Source: Clostridia bacterium (GTDB lineage Bacteria; Bacillota; Clostridia; TANB77; CAG-508). Taken from it: a stretch of 30,403 nt of DNA. The position numbers were made by a program, and so were the translations under genes. The first letter of the stretch is position 1. Every line of letters starts with the position of its first letter. The notes under the pieces are model-generated. The model was not told the origin of the DNA. It worked only from the letters and a program-made list of their open reading frames with translations, and searched no databases. Shown here in pieces: positions 1 through 8,259 of the stretch. Location of the stretch: assembly GCA_900772235.1 (NCBI GenBank), contig CAAGQX010000184.1, positions 1 through 30,403 on the forward strand. Direction: 5' to 3'.

Positions 1-14
1 AAAAATGTTTTTAT

Positions 15-46
15 GCGGACGGACGGGTTTAGAACCCGTCCCTACA
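15..46 (-). repeat. REP-like GC-rich palindrome flanked by GTAG (copy A)
   Basis: 10-bp stem GGACGGGTT(T)/AACCCGTCC at 21-41 with a 3-nt loop, followed by CTACA at 42-46 on the + strand, i.e. 5'-TGTAG-palindrome on the - strand. Same layout as copies at 20938-20963 and 20991-21013. Lies downstream of the porB stop with no adjacent U-tract. Confidence 0.6.
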
Positions 47-108
47 TTGTAAAAATTTTATATTAATTTTTAAATGCCATTAAGTTAAGCAAATTACAAT
101 TTAGTTAA

Positions 109-1056
109 TTATTTGTTAGTTATTTCTTCTAATTTAAGCAATTCTTCCCATCTTTTGTCTACTTCCTTTTGGAATTCCTCTATCATCCACTCATTTCCTG
201 GTTTAAACATATGTTTAAACCTTTTTTGTGGTCTTAAGAATTCCTCTATTGGTAGTTTATTCTTTGGTTTATAATTTACCACATACCTTCCGTCTATTAC
301 TTCATACAATGGCCAATAACAAGTTTCCACTGCAAGTTTATTTATAGTCATAAGATCTTCTGTATTGTATCCCCATCCTCTTGGGCACGGTGTAAATACA
401 TTTAAGAAGCACGCTCCTTCTGTATATATTGCTTTTTCTGATTTTTCATATAAATCTTTAAAATTGTTTACTGCAATTGTTTGCGCAACATATGGTAAAT
501 GGTGTGATGCCATTATTTCAGTTAAATCTTTTCTTGATTGCATTTTTCCTGGTATTACTTTACCTGCTGGACTTGTTGTTGTATCTGCAAATTTTGGTGT
601 TGCAGATGAGCGTTGAATTCCTGTATTCATATATGCACCATTGTCGTAGCACACATATACCATATCGTGTCCTCTTTCCATTGCTCCAGATAAACTTTGG
701 ATTCCAATATCGTATGTTCCTCCATCTCCTCCAAAAGCTATAAATTTTGTATCTTTTCCTTGTAATTTATTTTGTTTTTTTAAAGATTTATATGCTGCCT
801 CTACTCCTGCTAAAGTTGCCCCTGCACATTCAAATGCAGTATGTATAAATGAATCTGTCCAAGCAGTATATGGATAAATAAATGTAGAAACTTCCATACA
901 TCCTGTTGCAGCACATATAACAGCGTGATCTTCTGGGTGAAGAGCTCTTAGTACCATTCTTCCAACTACTGGTGCTCCGCATCCAGCACACATTCTATGC
1001 CCTGCTGTGAATCTAGATGGTTTGTTTGCTACTATTTCCTTTAAATTATATGCCAT
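109..1056 (-). CDS. porB: 2-oxoacid:ferredoxin oxidoreductase beta subunit (TPP-binding; pyruvate/2-ketoisovalerate type)
   Basis: CAGCGAP region and GGDGGTYDIG...CYDNGAYMNTG TPP-binding motif. Start moved from 1176 to ATG 1056 (MAYNLKEIV) because GGAGGA (rc of 1063-1068) lies just upstream and the extra 40 codons are AT-rich and low-complexity. Confidence 0.9.
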   Translation of the reverse strand: MAYNLKEIVANKPSRFTAGHRMCAGCGAPVVGRMVLRALHPEDHAVICAATGCMEVSTFIYPYTAWTDSFIHTAFECAGATLAGVEAAYKSLKKQNKLQGKDTKFIAFGGDGGTYDIGIQSLSGAMERGHDMVYVCYDNGAYMNTGIQRSSATPKFADTTTSPAGKVIPGKMQSRKDLTEIMASHHLPYVAQTIAVNNFKDLYEKSEKAIYTEGACFLNVFTPCPRGWGYNTEDLMTINKLAVETCYWPLYEVIDGRYVVNYKPKNKLPIEEFLRPQKRFKHMFKPGNEWMIEEFQKEVDKRWEELLKLEEITNK

Positions 1057-1222
1057 TTCTTTTCCTCCTATAATATTTATATTTTGCTTTGCAAATTTTA
1101 ATTTTAATAAATAGTGAATATTGAATAATAAAAAATTCCAAAATAAAGCATTCTCGTGCATTATGTATAACTTCACTAAGATTGAGTAGACTTCTTTTTG
1201 TTAATCTTATAATAATTTCATA

Positions 1223-2404
1223 TTATTTTCTTAGTCCTAAATATCTATATGGATTTTCCGCACTTCCTGTTTTTGCAACTTCTTGCAAATCCTTATAAAC
1301 ACTTTCTATATCATCTGATTTTGTATCTCTTCCGCCAATACCATATATATAATTTATTGTAGGAACATTTACTTTTGCTACTTGCATTGAAGATGTAATA
1401 TCTGTAAATAAAGGTCCTCCTACTGCATTTAAGCCATCTGCTTTGTCTAGTACTGCTACTGCTTTTGCTTTTGATAGAGCTTTAGCAATTTCTTCTCCTG
1501 GAAATGGCCTAAATACTCTTATTTTTAGTACACCTGCTTTTATTCCCTCTTTTCTCAATTTATCTGCTGTAAATTTTGCTGTTCCAGCTGTTGAATTCAT
1601 TGCAACAATTATAAAATCAGCATCATCTGTTCTATATTCTTCAAATAAATCATATTTTCTTCCTGTAAGTTCTTCAAATTCTTTAGAAACTTTTTTTATT
1701 ACTTCTTTTGCATTTTTCATAGCTTCTGCCTGGCCAGCCTTATGTTCAAATAAGTATGCTTGCAAGTCTAATGGTCCAACTGCCATTGGTTCTTTATCAT
1801 TTAATAAATAATGTTTTGGTTCATATTTCCCTACAAATTTTTTAACAAATTCATCTGTTTCTAATTCTATATTTTCTATAGAATGTGATGTAATAAATCC
1901 ATCTTGGCAAACCATAAGTGGAAGTAATACATCACTGTTCTCAGCTATTCTATGGGCCATAAGCAAGTTGTCATATGCTTCTTGATTATTTTCTGAAAAT
2001 AGCATAATCCAGCCTGCATCTCTTACTCCCATTGCATCTGAATGGTCATTGTGTATATTCAAAGGTCCTGATACAGCACGGTTTACAAGCGACATTACTA
2101 TTGGAAGTCTTAAACTTGATGCAATATAAATCATCTCCCACATTAAAGATAATCCATTTGCAGATGTTGCTGTCATTGCTCTTGCTCCAGCTGCCTGTGC
2201 TCCTATGCACGCAGACATTGCACTGTGTTCACTTTCCACAGCAACAAACTCAGTATCTACTTCTCCATTACTTACAAATGTTGAAAAATATTGTGGTATT
2301 TCTGTTGATGGTGTTATTGGAAATGCTGCTACTACATCTGGGTTAATTTGTTTCATAGCAGTTGCCGCAGCTTCATTACCACTTAATCGTTCTCTAATTG
2401 ACAT
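1223..2404 (-). CDS. porA: 2-oxoacid:ferredoxin oxidoreductase alpha subunit
   Basis: 393-aa ORF with PorA/VorA-like sequence (FPITPSTEI, GAQAAGARAMTATSANGL). RBS AGGAGGA upstream. Sits between the delta and beta subunit genes. Confidence 0.9.
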   Translation of the reverse strand: MSIRERLSGNEAAATAMKQINPDVVAAFPITPSTEIPQYFSTFVSNGEVDTEFVAVESEHSAMSACIGAQAAGARAMTATSANGLSLMWEMIYIASSLRLPIVMSLVNRAVSGPLNIHNDHSDAMGVRDAGWIMLFSENNQEAYDNLLMAHRIAENSDVLLPLMVCQDGFITSHSIENIELETDEFVKKFVGKYEPKHYLLNDKEPMAVGPLDLQAYLFEHKAGQAEAMKNAKEVIKKVSKEFEELTGRKYDLFEEYRTDDADFIIVAMNSTAGTAKFTADKLRKEGIKAGVLKIRVFRPFPGEEIAKALSKAKAVAVLDKADGLNAVGGPLFTDITSSMQVAKVNVPTINYIYGIGGRDTKSDDIESVYKDLQEVAKTGSAENPYRYLGLRK

Positions 2405-2452
2405 TTTAAATCCTCCTATATTTTTTAGTTTCTTAATATTCTTTATTATTAA

Positions 2453-2740
2453 TTACTCCATAGTTATTGCTCCAAATGGGCATACTTTGGCACAAATTCC
2501 ACATCCCTTGCAATAATCATAATCAAAATCTTCTCTTTTTTGTTCTTTATTTACAGGAATTGCATCATCTGGGCAAACCGGGAAACAAAGTCCGCATTGT
2601 TTACATTTTTCTGATAGAAAAATTGGTTTTCTGCTTCTCCAATCTCCTGTTTTAAATTCTCTTGCATTTCCTGCTTCATATATATTTCCACCTATTGTCA
2701 TTTCCTCCATAGGGGTATTTGCATTTATTTTTTCAGACAT
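2453..2740 (-). CDS. porD: 2-oxoacid:ferredoxin oxidoreductase delta subunit (2x[4Fe-4S] ferredoxin-like)
   Basis: Two cluster motifs, CKQCGLCFPVCP and CKGCGICAKVCP. 95 aa. Position in the operon. Confidence 0.9.
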   Translation of the reverse strand: MSEKINANTPMEEMTIGGNIYEAGNAREFKTGDWRSRKPIFLSEKCKQCGLCFPVCPDDAIPVNKEQKREDFDYDYCKGCGICAKVCPFGAITME

Positions 2741-2763
2741 TTTTTCTCCTTTCTAACATTTAG

Positions 2764-3342
2764 TTAAACTTTTTTTACTGATTTTAATGCTAATTCTAAA
2801 GCCTTCATATTTCCATCTATAACTTCAGGTTTTTTAGCAAATTTATGTTTAAAAGATCCTTTCATATCTTCTAGAAAATCTTTATCTTGCATAATTTTGC
2901 TTACCTTTACTATTGCAGCAAGCATTGGTGTATTTGGGAAATATCTTCCAAGTGTTTCTTCAGATATTTTTCTTGCATCTATTGTATATATTTCTCCTTC
3001 ATACCCATTTAAGTGTTTTTTTATCTCTTCTCCTTCTTTAGTTGTGTTTATTACAATTGCTCCTGTTTTTTTTAAACCAGCTGTAACATTTACTGTTTCT
3101 AATAAGCTATCATCTACAACAACTACATAATCTGGCTCATAAATATTACTATGAATTGTTATTGGTTTTGTGCTTATCCTGTTATACGCTGTAATTGGTG
3201 CTCCCATTCTTTCTGGTCCATATTCTGGAAAACCTTGTATATATTTTCCTGTATTAAATGCTGCATCTGCTAAAAGCAACGAGGCTGTTTTTGCACCTTG
3301 GCCACCTCTACCGTGCCATCTAATTTCAATTAAATCTTCCAC
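2764..3342 (-). CDS. porG: 2-oxoacid:ferredoxin oxidoreductase gamma subunit
   Basis: N-terminal RWHGRGGQGAKT motif typical of gamma subunits. GTG start at 3342 preceded by AAGGGAG. Confidence 0.88.
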   Translation of the reverse strand: MEDLIEIRWHGRGGQGAKTASLLLADAAFNTGKYIQGFPEYGPERMGAPITAYNRISTKPITIHSNIYEPDYVVVVDDSLLETVNVTAGLKKTGAIVINTTKEGEEIKKHLNGYEGEIYTIDARKISEETLGRYFPNTPMLAAIVKVSKIMQDKDFLEDMKGSFKHKFAKKPEVIDGNMKALELALKSVKKV

Positions 3343-3380
3343 AAAAAAACTCCCTTCTTTACTTAAGTTTACTTGGCTTT

Positions 3381-3409
3381 AGTATATATTTAGCTAAGCT
3401 AAAAGTCAA
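3381..3409 (-). promoter_or_regulatory. sigma-A type promoter of the por operon
   Basis: On the - strand, TTGACT (3409-3404), 17-nt spacer, TATACT (3386-3381), about 40 nt upstream of the porG start. Confidence 0.6.
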
Positions 3410-3426
3410 GGTAAAACCTGTAAAAT

Positions 3427-3455
3427 TTGATTTTTTGTTAGAAAAAGTGTATAAT
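3427..3455 (+). promoter_or_regulatory. sigma-A type promoter of the + strand 140-aa ORF (divergent from the por promoter)
   Basis: TTGATT (3427-3432), 17-nt spacer, TATAAT (3450-3455). GAAAGGAGGA RBS at 3479-3488, ATG at 3495. Confidence 0.6.
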
Positions 3456-3494
3456 TAAAATATACATTCTCAGAAAAAGAAAGGAGGACTTCAT

Positions 3495-3917
3495 ATGAAG
3501 AAGTCCACTAAGCCCAGCAAATCCGAAATCAGACGTTTAGAGCGGAAGTTCATCTTGTCTTTTATTCTCTTCGTTTTTGTTTTGCTCTTGTCATTAACCT
3601 GGTGGTTTAACGCCCTCAAGGTTGATTTCAACAGTATTGCTTACGAATCTGAAAAGAGTTTCGCTGCTGATATGGGTCGTAGCCTTGGTGATCATGGTGA
3701 TTCCATGTATTTCCGGAGACTCGAAATGCAGAATGATGACTTCTGGGCTCTTCGCCTGGCCTCTCGGCTTCCGTGGATTGGAAGAATGTTCATAAGCGCA
3801 ATCTTTGCAGCATTGACCTTTTTCACTGCTTTGAACTCTCTTAGAGCATTTGGCAAACTGTTTTACGCTGTTAATCGTCGCAACAAAGTCCTAAGGATCC
3901 GGAGGAGAAAGGGCTAA
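3495..3917 (+). CDS. orphan two-TM membrane protein with basic termini, compositionally foreign
   Basis: 140-aa ORF with strong RBS and ATG, own promoter and terminator. Two hydrophobic segments (FILSFILFVFVLLLSLTWWF and MFISAIFAALTFFTALNSL). Basic N-terminus and C-terminus (NRRNKVLRIRRRKG). Hand count of 3541-3900 gives 157/360 G+C (about 44%) versus 15/60 (25%) for 4201-4260. Codons such as CTG, CTC, GCC, CCC, TCC and CGG are atypical for the neighbours. No family recognised. Confidence 0.6.
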   Translation: MKKSTKPSKSEIRRLERKFILSFILFVFVLLLSLTWWFNALKVDFNSIAYESEKSFAADMGRSLGDHGDSMYFRRLEMQNDDFWALRLASRLPWIGRMFISAIFAALTFFTALNSLRAFGKLFYAVNRRNKVLRIRRRKG

Positions 3918-3925
3918 AAAAAGAA

Positions 3926-3965
3926 AGAGCGGAATCCCACAAGTGTGGATCCGCTCTTCTTTTAT
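3926..3965. terminator. bidirectional intrinsic terminator between the 140-aa ORF and the ferredoxin gene
   Basis: Imperfect hairpin AGAGCGGA(A)TCC(C)ACA / TGTGGATCCGCTCT (3926-3957), flanked by an A-run upstream and a T-run downstream, so it gives a U-tract on either strand. Confidence 0.7.
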
Positions 3966-3972
3966 ATTTATT

Positions 3973-4143
3973 TTATTCTTCTTCTGGTGCTTCTACAGGG
4001 CAAACACCTGCACAAGTACCACATCCTATACATGCTTCTTTATCTATTACATATCTTTCTTCACCTTGTGTTATGCATCCTACTGGACATTCTGCTGCAC
4101 ATGCTCCGCAAGATATACATCTATCTGTTATTTTATATGCCAT
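3973..4143 (-). CDS. fdx: 2x[4Fe-4S] clostridial-type ferredoxin
   Basis: CISCGACAAECP and CIGCGTCAGVCP motifs. 56 aa from ATG 4143 (MAYKITD), preceded by GAGGTGGT. The track start at 4155 would overlap the RBS. Confidence 0.9.
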   Translation of the reverse strand: MAYKITDRCISCGACAAECPVGCITQGEERYVIDKEACIGCGTCAGVCPVEAPEEE

Positions 4144-4191
4144 ATTTTTCACCACCTCTCGTATGCTACATCTATAAGTAAATATAGAATT

Positions 4192-5106
4192 TTATTCTTT
4201 ACTGTTCTTCTTATCTATTTTGTCTAGTTTTTCTAGTTTTTGCAATTCTTTTAAATCTTCTGGGTTTTCTACTTCTGCTTCTTCAGCTTTTCTTGCTCGT
4301 TTTAGTACCTTTACATCTTTTAAATCGTATCTTTTAAAGAATGTTTCATCACCATCTTTAAATTTTACTTTTAGTCTTTCTTTTAGTGTTTCAACTCCAC
4401 AAACTTCGCCTTTTCCATCTTCTGTTTCCACAATCGATCCTATTCCTGGTAATTTCTTTAATTTCTCTTCATATACTTCTTGTTCATATCTTAAGCAGCA
4501 CATCAATCTTCCACAATTTCCAGATATTTTTGATGGATTTAAAGATACATTTTGCTCTTTAGCCATTTTTATAGATACTGTATCAAAATTTCCTAAAAAT
4601 GAGCAACAGCAAAGTTCTCTTCCACAAACTCCATTTCCACCAAGTCTTCTAACTTCATCTCTTACGCCAATTTGTCTTAGTTCTATTCTTGTTTTAAAAA
4701 TTGCTGCTAAATCTTTTACTAAGTCTCTAAAATCTATTCTTCCATCTGCTGTAAAGAAAAATAATAGTTTACTTTTATCGAATTTATATTCAACATCCAT
4801 TAGTTTCATATCTAATTTATATTCTTTTATTTTTTTTTCACATATTTTAAAAGCTTCTTTTTCGTCTTTCTTATTTATCTCGTTTTGTTTTTTATCCTTT
4901 TCTGTTGCAATTCTTATAATTTTTTTTAGTGGTGCTACTATTTTGTCATCTGGTAATTGCCTATTTGCAATCATTACCTCTCCATACTCTTTTCCCATTG
5001 CCGTTTCTACTATTACATGTTGTCCTCTTTCTACAACTTTTCCATCTGGATCAAAAAAATATATTTTACCTGGTTTTTTAAATCTAACTCCTATTATATT
5101 AGCCAT
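4192..5106 (-). CDS. ricT: PSP1-domain protein RicT/YaaT
   Basis: N-terminal IGVRFKKPGKIYFFD and Cys-rich GGNGVCGRELCCCSF / CGRLMCCLRYE typical of YaaT/PSP1. Conserved holB-yaaT gene order. Start overlaps the holB stop. Confidence 0.85.
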   Translation of the reverse strand: MANIIGVRFKKPGKIYFFDPDGKVVERGQHVIVETAMGKEYGEVMIANRQLPDDKIVAPLKKIIRIATEKDKKQNEINKKDEKEAFKICEKKIKEYKLDMKLMDVEYKFDKSKLLFFFTADGRIDFRDLVKDLAAIFKTRIELRQIGVRDEVRRLGGNGVCGRELCCCSFLGNFDTVSIKMAKEQNVSLNPSKISGNCGRLMCCLRYEQEVYEEKLKKLPGIGSIVETEDGKGEVCGVETLKERLKVKFKDGDETFFKRYDLKDVKVLKRARKAEEAEVENPEDLKELQKLEKLDKIDKKNSKE

Positions 5107-5992
5107 TTACTTCCTCCCATATTTTTAGCAATAAATTATCTATTGTCATATCATAATTACTATTTCTTTTTAACCTTTCTTTTGTTTCTTCTACAATGTT
5201 TATACATTCAGCATATTTTATATTTTCATTTATTCTATTAAATAGCTCTATGTTTATGTAATTTAATATTTCTTGTACATTGTCTTTATCTTTAAAAAGT
5301 AAATCTTTTTTATTTAGTAAATCTATTATATTTATTCTATCAATTTTAGAAAATATCTCTTTTATAACATTTATACTATCTTCTTTATCTATGGCAGATA
5401 ATGCCATTTCTATGCTTCCTTGTGCAAGCTCTAAAATATTTTCAGAAACATTTTCAATTTTTCTTTTTTCCTTTAAAATTTGTTTAATTTCGTTTTTGTC
5501 TAATCCATTAAACTTAATTTTTGTACATCTTGATTTTATAGTATTTAATAATAAGTTTTCATTTTCTGTAACTAGTATTATAACTACATATTCTGGGGGT
5601 TCTTCTAACGTTTTTAATAAACTATTTTGTGCCTCTTTGGTCATCTTTTCACTGTTGTTAATTATATATATTTTTTTAGATGAATTTAAAGGTTTTTCAT
5701 ATACTCCTTTAACCATTTCTTTTATTGTTTCTGTTTTTATACTTTTATCCGTTTCATCTATTATTGTTACATCTGGATTATTATCGTCATCAAATGAAAT
5801 ACACGATTCACACTCATTACACGGTTTTTCATCCGAACGGCATAAAATAGCTTTTGCAAATTCTTTTGCAAATAATAACTTTCCAATGCCAGCTTTTCCT
5901 ACAAACATATAGCTATGTAGCACATTGTCTTTCTTTATACTATTTTCTAATGCTTTTTTATTTTCTTCATTTCCTAATATACTGTTAAACAT
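5099..5992 (-). CDS. holB: DNA polymerase III delta-prime subunit
   Basis: HSYMFVGKAGIGK P-loop-like motif, CNECESC zinc module, SRC motif (IKSRCTKIKF). Confidence 0.85.
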   Translation of the reverse strand: MFNSILGNEENKKALENSIKKDNVLHSYMFVGKAGIGKLLFAKEFAKAILCRSDEKPCNECESCISFDDDNNPDVTIIDETDKSIKTETIKEMVKGVYEKPLNSSKKIYIINNSEKMTKEAQNSLLKTLEEPPEYVVIILVTENENLLLNTIKSRCTKIKFNGLDKNEIKQILKEKRKIENVSENILELAQGSIEMALSAIDKEDSINVIKEIFSKIDRINIIDLLNKKDLLFKDKDNVQEILNYINIELFNRINENIKYAECINIVEETKERLKRNSNYDMTIDNLLLKIWEEVNG

Positions 5993-6003
5993 ATTTTTCC
6001 TTT

Positions 6004-6654
6004 TTATTTTATTTTTCCAAATTTACTAAAAGGCCAAAATCTTATCCAAACTTTTCCTTCTATTTTTGATACAGGTATACATCCAAAGCATCTACTATCT
6101 GTGCTATGCTCTCTATTATCCCCCATAACAAACACATATCCTTCTGGAACAACTACATCTGAAAATAGCCCATATGTTCCCATATTAGTTGGAGTATCTT
6201 CATCTAAATAATTCTCTTGTAAAAGTTCACCATTTAGATATACTTTATCATCTTTTATTTCTATATGGTCGCCTGCGACCCCTATTACTCTTTTTATATA
6301 GCTTGTTTTATTTAATTCTAGTACATAATAAACAAACTTACCCCAAAGTCCTTTTGGTTCATTATCATACCTTGCAACTGGGTTATCAAAATCTACATTT
6401 GCAGAAGCCATTATAGTTGTGCTTGGTGCTTCAAAAGTTATTATATCTCCTCTTTCATATGTTTCTTTTGTTGTTCTTGTTAGCCTGCTTAAGATTAATC
6501 TATTTCCTGGCATTAGAGTTGTTTGCATTGATTGCTGTTGCACAACTGTTGGTGTTCCTAAATAATATCTAACAAGTAATGCAAGAGCTATTGCTATTAT
6601 TATACAATACCCCCACTCCAATATTTCCTTAATTACAACTTTTTCTTCCTCCAT
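6004..6654 (-). CDS. lepB: signal peptidase I (S26 family)
   Basis: N-terminal TM, catalytic-Ser box QQSMQTTL, GDNREHSTDSR box. Start set to ATG 6654 (MEEEKVV), preceded by GGAAAGAGG. The track start at 6684 is 10 codons upstream. Confidence 0.85.
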   Translation of the reverse strand: MEEEKVVIKEILEWGYCIIIAIALALLVRYYLGTPTVVQQQSMQTTLMPGNRLILSRLTRTTKETYERGDIITFEAPSTTIMASANVDFDNPVARYDNEPKGLWGKFVYYVLELNKTSYIKRVIGVAGDHIEIKDDKVYLNGELLQENYLDEDTPTNMGTYGLFSDVVVPEGYVFVMGDNREHSTDSRCFGCIPVSKIEGKVWIRFWPFSKFGKIK

Positions 6655-6758
6655 TTTGTACCTCTTTCCTAAATTATTATACATTAGTAATTCAAATTTT
6701 ACAATTAAAATATTAAAAATTTTGTTGGTTTTATTTGCATATTACACATTTTTTATAT

Positions 6759-8172
6759 TTATTTCTTTTCTTCTACTGTTGGAATTGTTATAACAACTTC
6801 TGTTCCTTTTCCTACTACACTTTTTATATCAATTCTTCCGCCATTCTTGTCTAGTATTTCCTTAGCTATTGAAAGTCCAAGTCCTGTTCCTCCTAGCTCT
6901 CTAGATCTTGCTTTATCTACTCTGTAAAATCTTTCAAAAATTCTACTTAAATCCTCTTCTGGTATTCCCACTCCTGAGTCTATTACTTTTATATATGCGT
7001 CACTATATACAAAGCCAACATATATTTTTATTGTTCCGCCTTCTCCGTGTATATTTAACACTATTTGATAATATATTTAGTACTACTCTTTCTATTCCAT
7101 CTTTATCTGCATATACATTTGGCACATTTGCTGTTACAAAGCATTCCACTTTTTGATGTTTTTTCTCCATTTCTATTTGCAAATATTCTTGGCATTTTTT
7201 TACTAGTTCTCCTAAGTCAAATTCTGTTTTTTCCCATTTTGTATTAGTATCATCATGTTTTGAAAGTGTTAATAAGTCGTTTACAAGTTTGGTCATTCTT
7301 ACAGCTTCTGTAGTTATTACATTCAAGAATTTGTCTTGTATTTCTTTATCATATTCCATTTCAGAAAGAGTTTCTGCATATCCCATTATTGATGTTAATG
7401 GTGTTTTTAATTCGTGAGATACATCTGCTATAAATTCTTTTCTCATATTATCTAACTTTACATGTTCTGTTATATCTTGAATTAAAACAATTATTCCAGA
7501 AGGTCTGTTATTTTCATCTTTAAAAGGTGCAAAAAATAGTTTTAGATATTTATCATTTATTTGAACTTTACTTTCGCTTGTTGTCCAATCTTCTAAGTAT
7601 ATTAACCTTTCCATATTTATTGTTTCGTCTATATGGCTAAATATTTTTTCAAAATTATTTTGTTTGTCGCTTATATCTAATAATTGTTTTGCAGCTGGAT
7701 TTATATGTATAATATTTCCTTCCATATTGAATGCAATAATTCCATCATTCATGTGTAATAAAATTGTTTCTATTTGATTTTTTTGTCTTGTTACTTCATT
7801 TAAATTTTCTTTTAAGCCATTGTTCATTGTATCAAAAGCATCTGTTAACTCATCTATATCACTTTTTCCTGTTTCTGCATTTCTATTTTCTTCGTTTATT
7901 TGTTTTGCACTTTGAATTAGCCTTAGTATAGGCTGTGAAATTATTTTTCTGCTAAACCATATGATTACAAATGATATAATTATAAAAGATATTGTAATTA
8001 TTGCTAAAACCAATTTTATTTCATTTATTTCTTGCATTAGCATATCTTTTTCTACTATTGATGTTTGTAAATTATTTAATCGTATTATTGAATATGCTCC
8101 AAAGCTTCCAAACATTAATATTGCAAGTAATACAATTATTAAAATTATTTTTATTTGTGTACTTTTTACCAT
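6759..8172 (-). CDS. walK: WalK/VicK-like sensor histidine kinase; 470 aa if one +1 break at CGG 7045-7047 is bridged
   Basis: Track ORFs 7003-8172 (TM, HAMP-like, PAS-like, H-box [16 protein letters not shown]-box [12 protein letters not shown]) and 6759-7061 (G-boxes [16 protein letters not shown]) are consecutive parts of one kinase. Junction is ...SVKYT | [10 protein letters not shown]. Total span 1414 nt = 3n+1. Confidence 0.8.
7045..7047 (-). other. in-frame CGG, +1 frame-break site (walK)
   Basis: - strand aca-CGG-aga. Skipping the C gives GGA GAA GGC GGA = GEGG, continuing the HATPase domain. The 0 frame stops 14 codons later. Confidence 0.85.
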
Positions 8173-8211
8173 TTTTTCTCCAATCTTTAATGTTTAATTT
8201 TCTATCTAGCA

Positions 8212-8239
8212 ATATGGGTTCGGCACGCCGAACCCATAT
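8212..8239. repeat. perfect GC-rich palindrome between walR and walK
   Basis: ATATGGGTTCGGC AC GCCGAACCCATAT, up to 13 bp of pairing. Shares the GGGTT...AACCC core with the REP-like copies at 21-41 and 20938-20958, but has CTATA rather than CTACA downstream. Confidence 0.6.
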
Positions 8240-8259
8240 CTATATTATTTTTTAATTTC

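Noticed and set aside
3943-4227. + strand ORFs 3943-4227 and 3945-4181
   Set aside because: They are antisense to the ferredoxin gene, begin inside the terminator hairpin and are low-complexity.
4220-5128. 302-aa + strand ORF; similar long antisense ORFs at 5280-5912, 9750-10334, 12099-12578, 1443-1811, 19181-19561 and 28731-29201
   Set aside because: These are Ser/Phe/Leu/Ile-rich, low-complexity shadows of well-supported - strand genes in A/T-rich DNA. They have no RBS and no recognisable domains.
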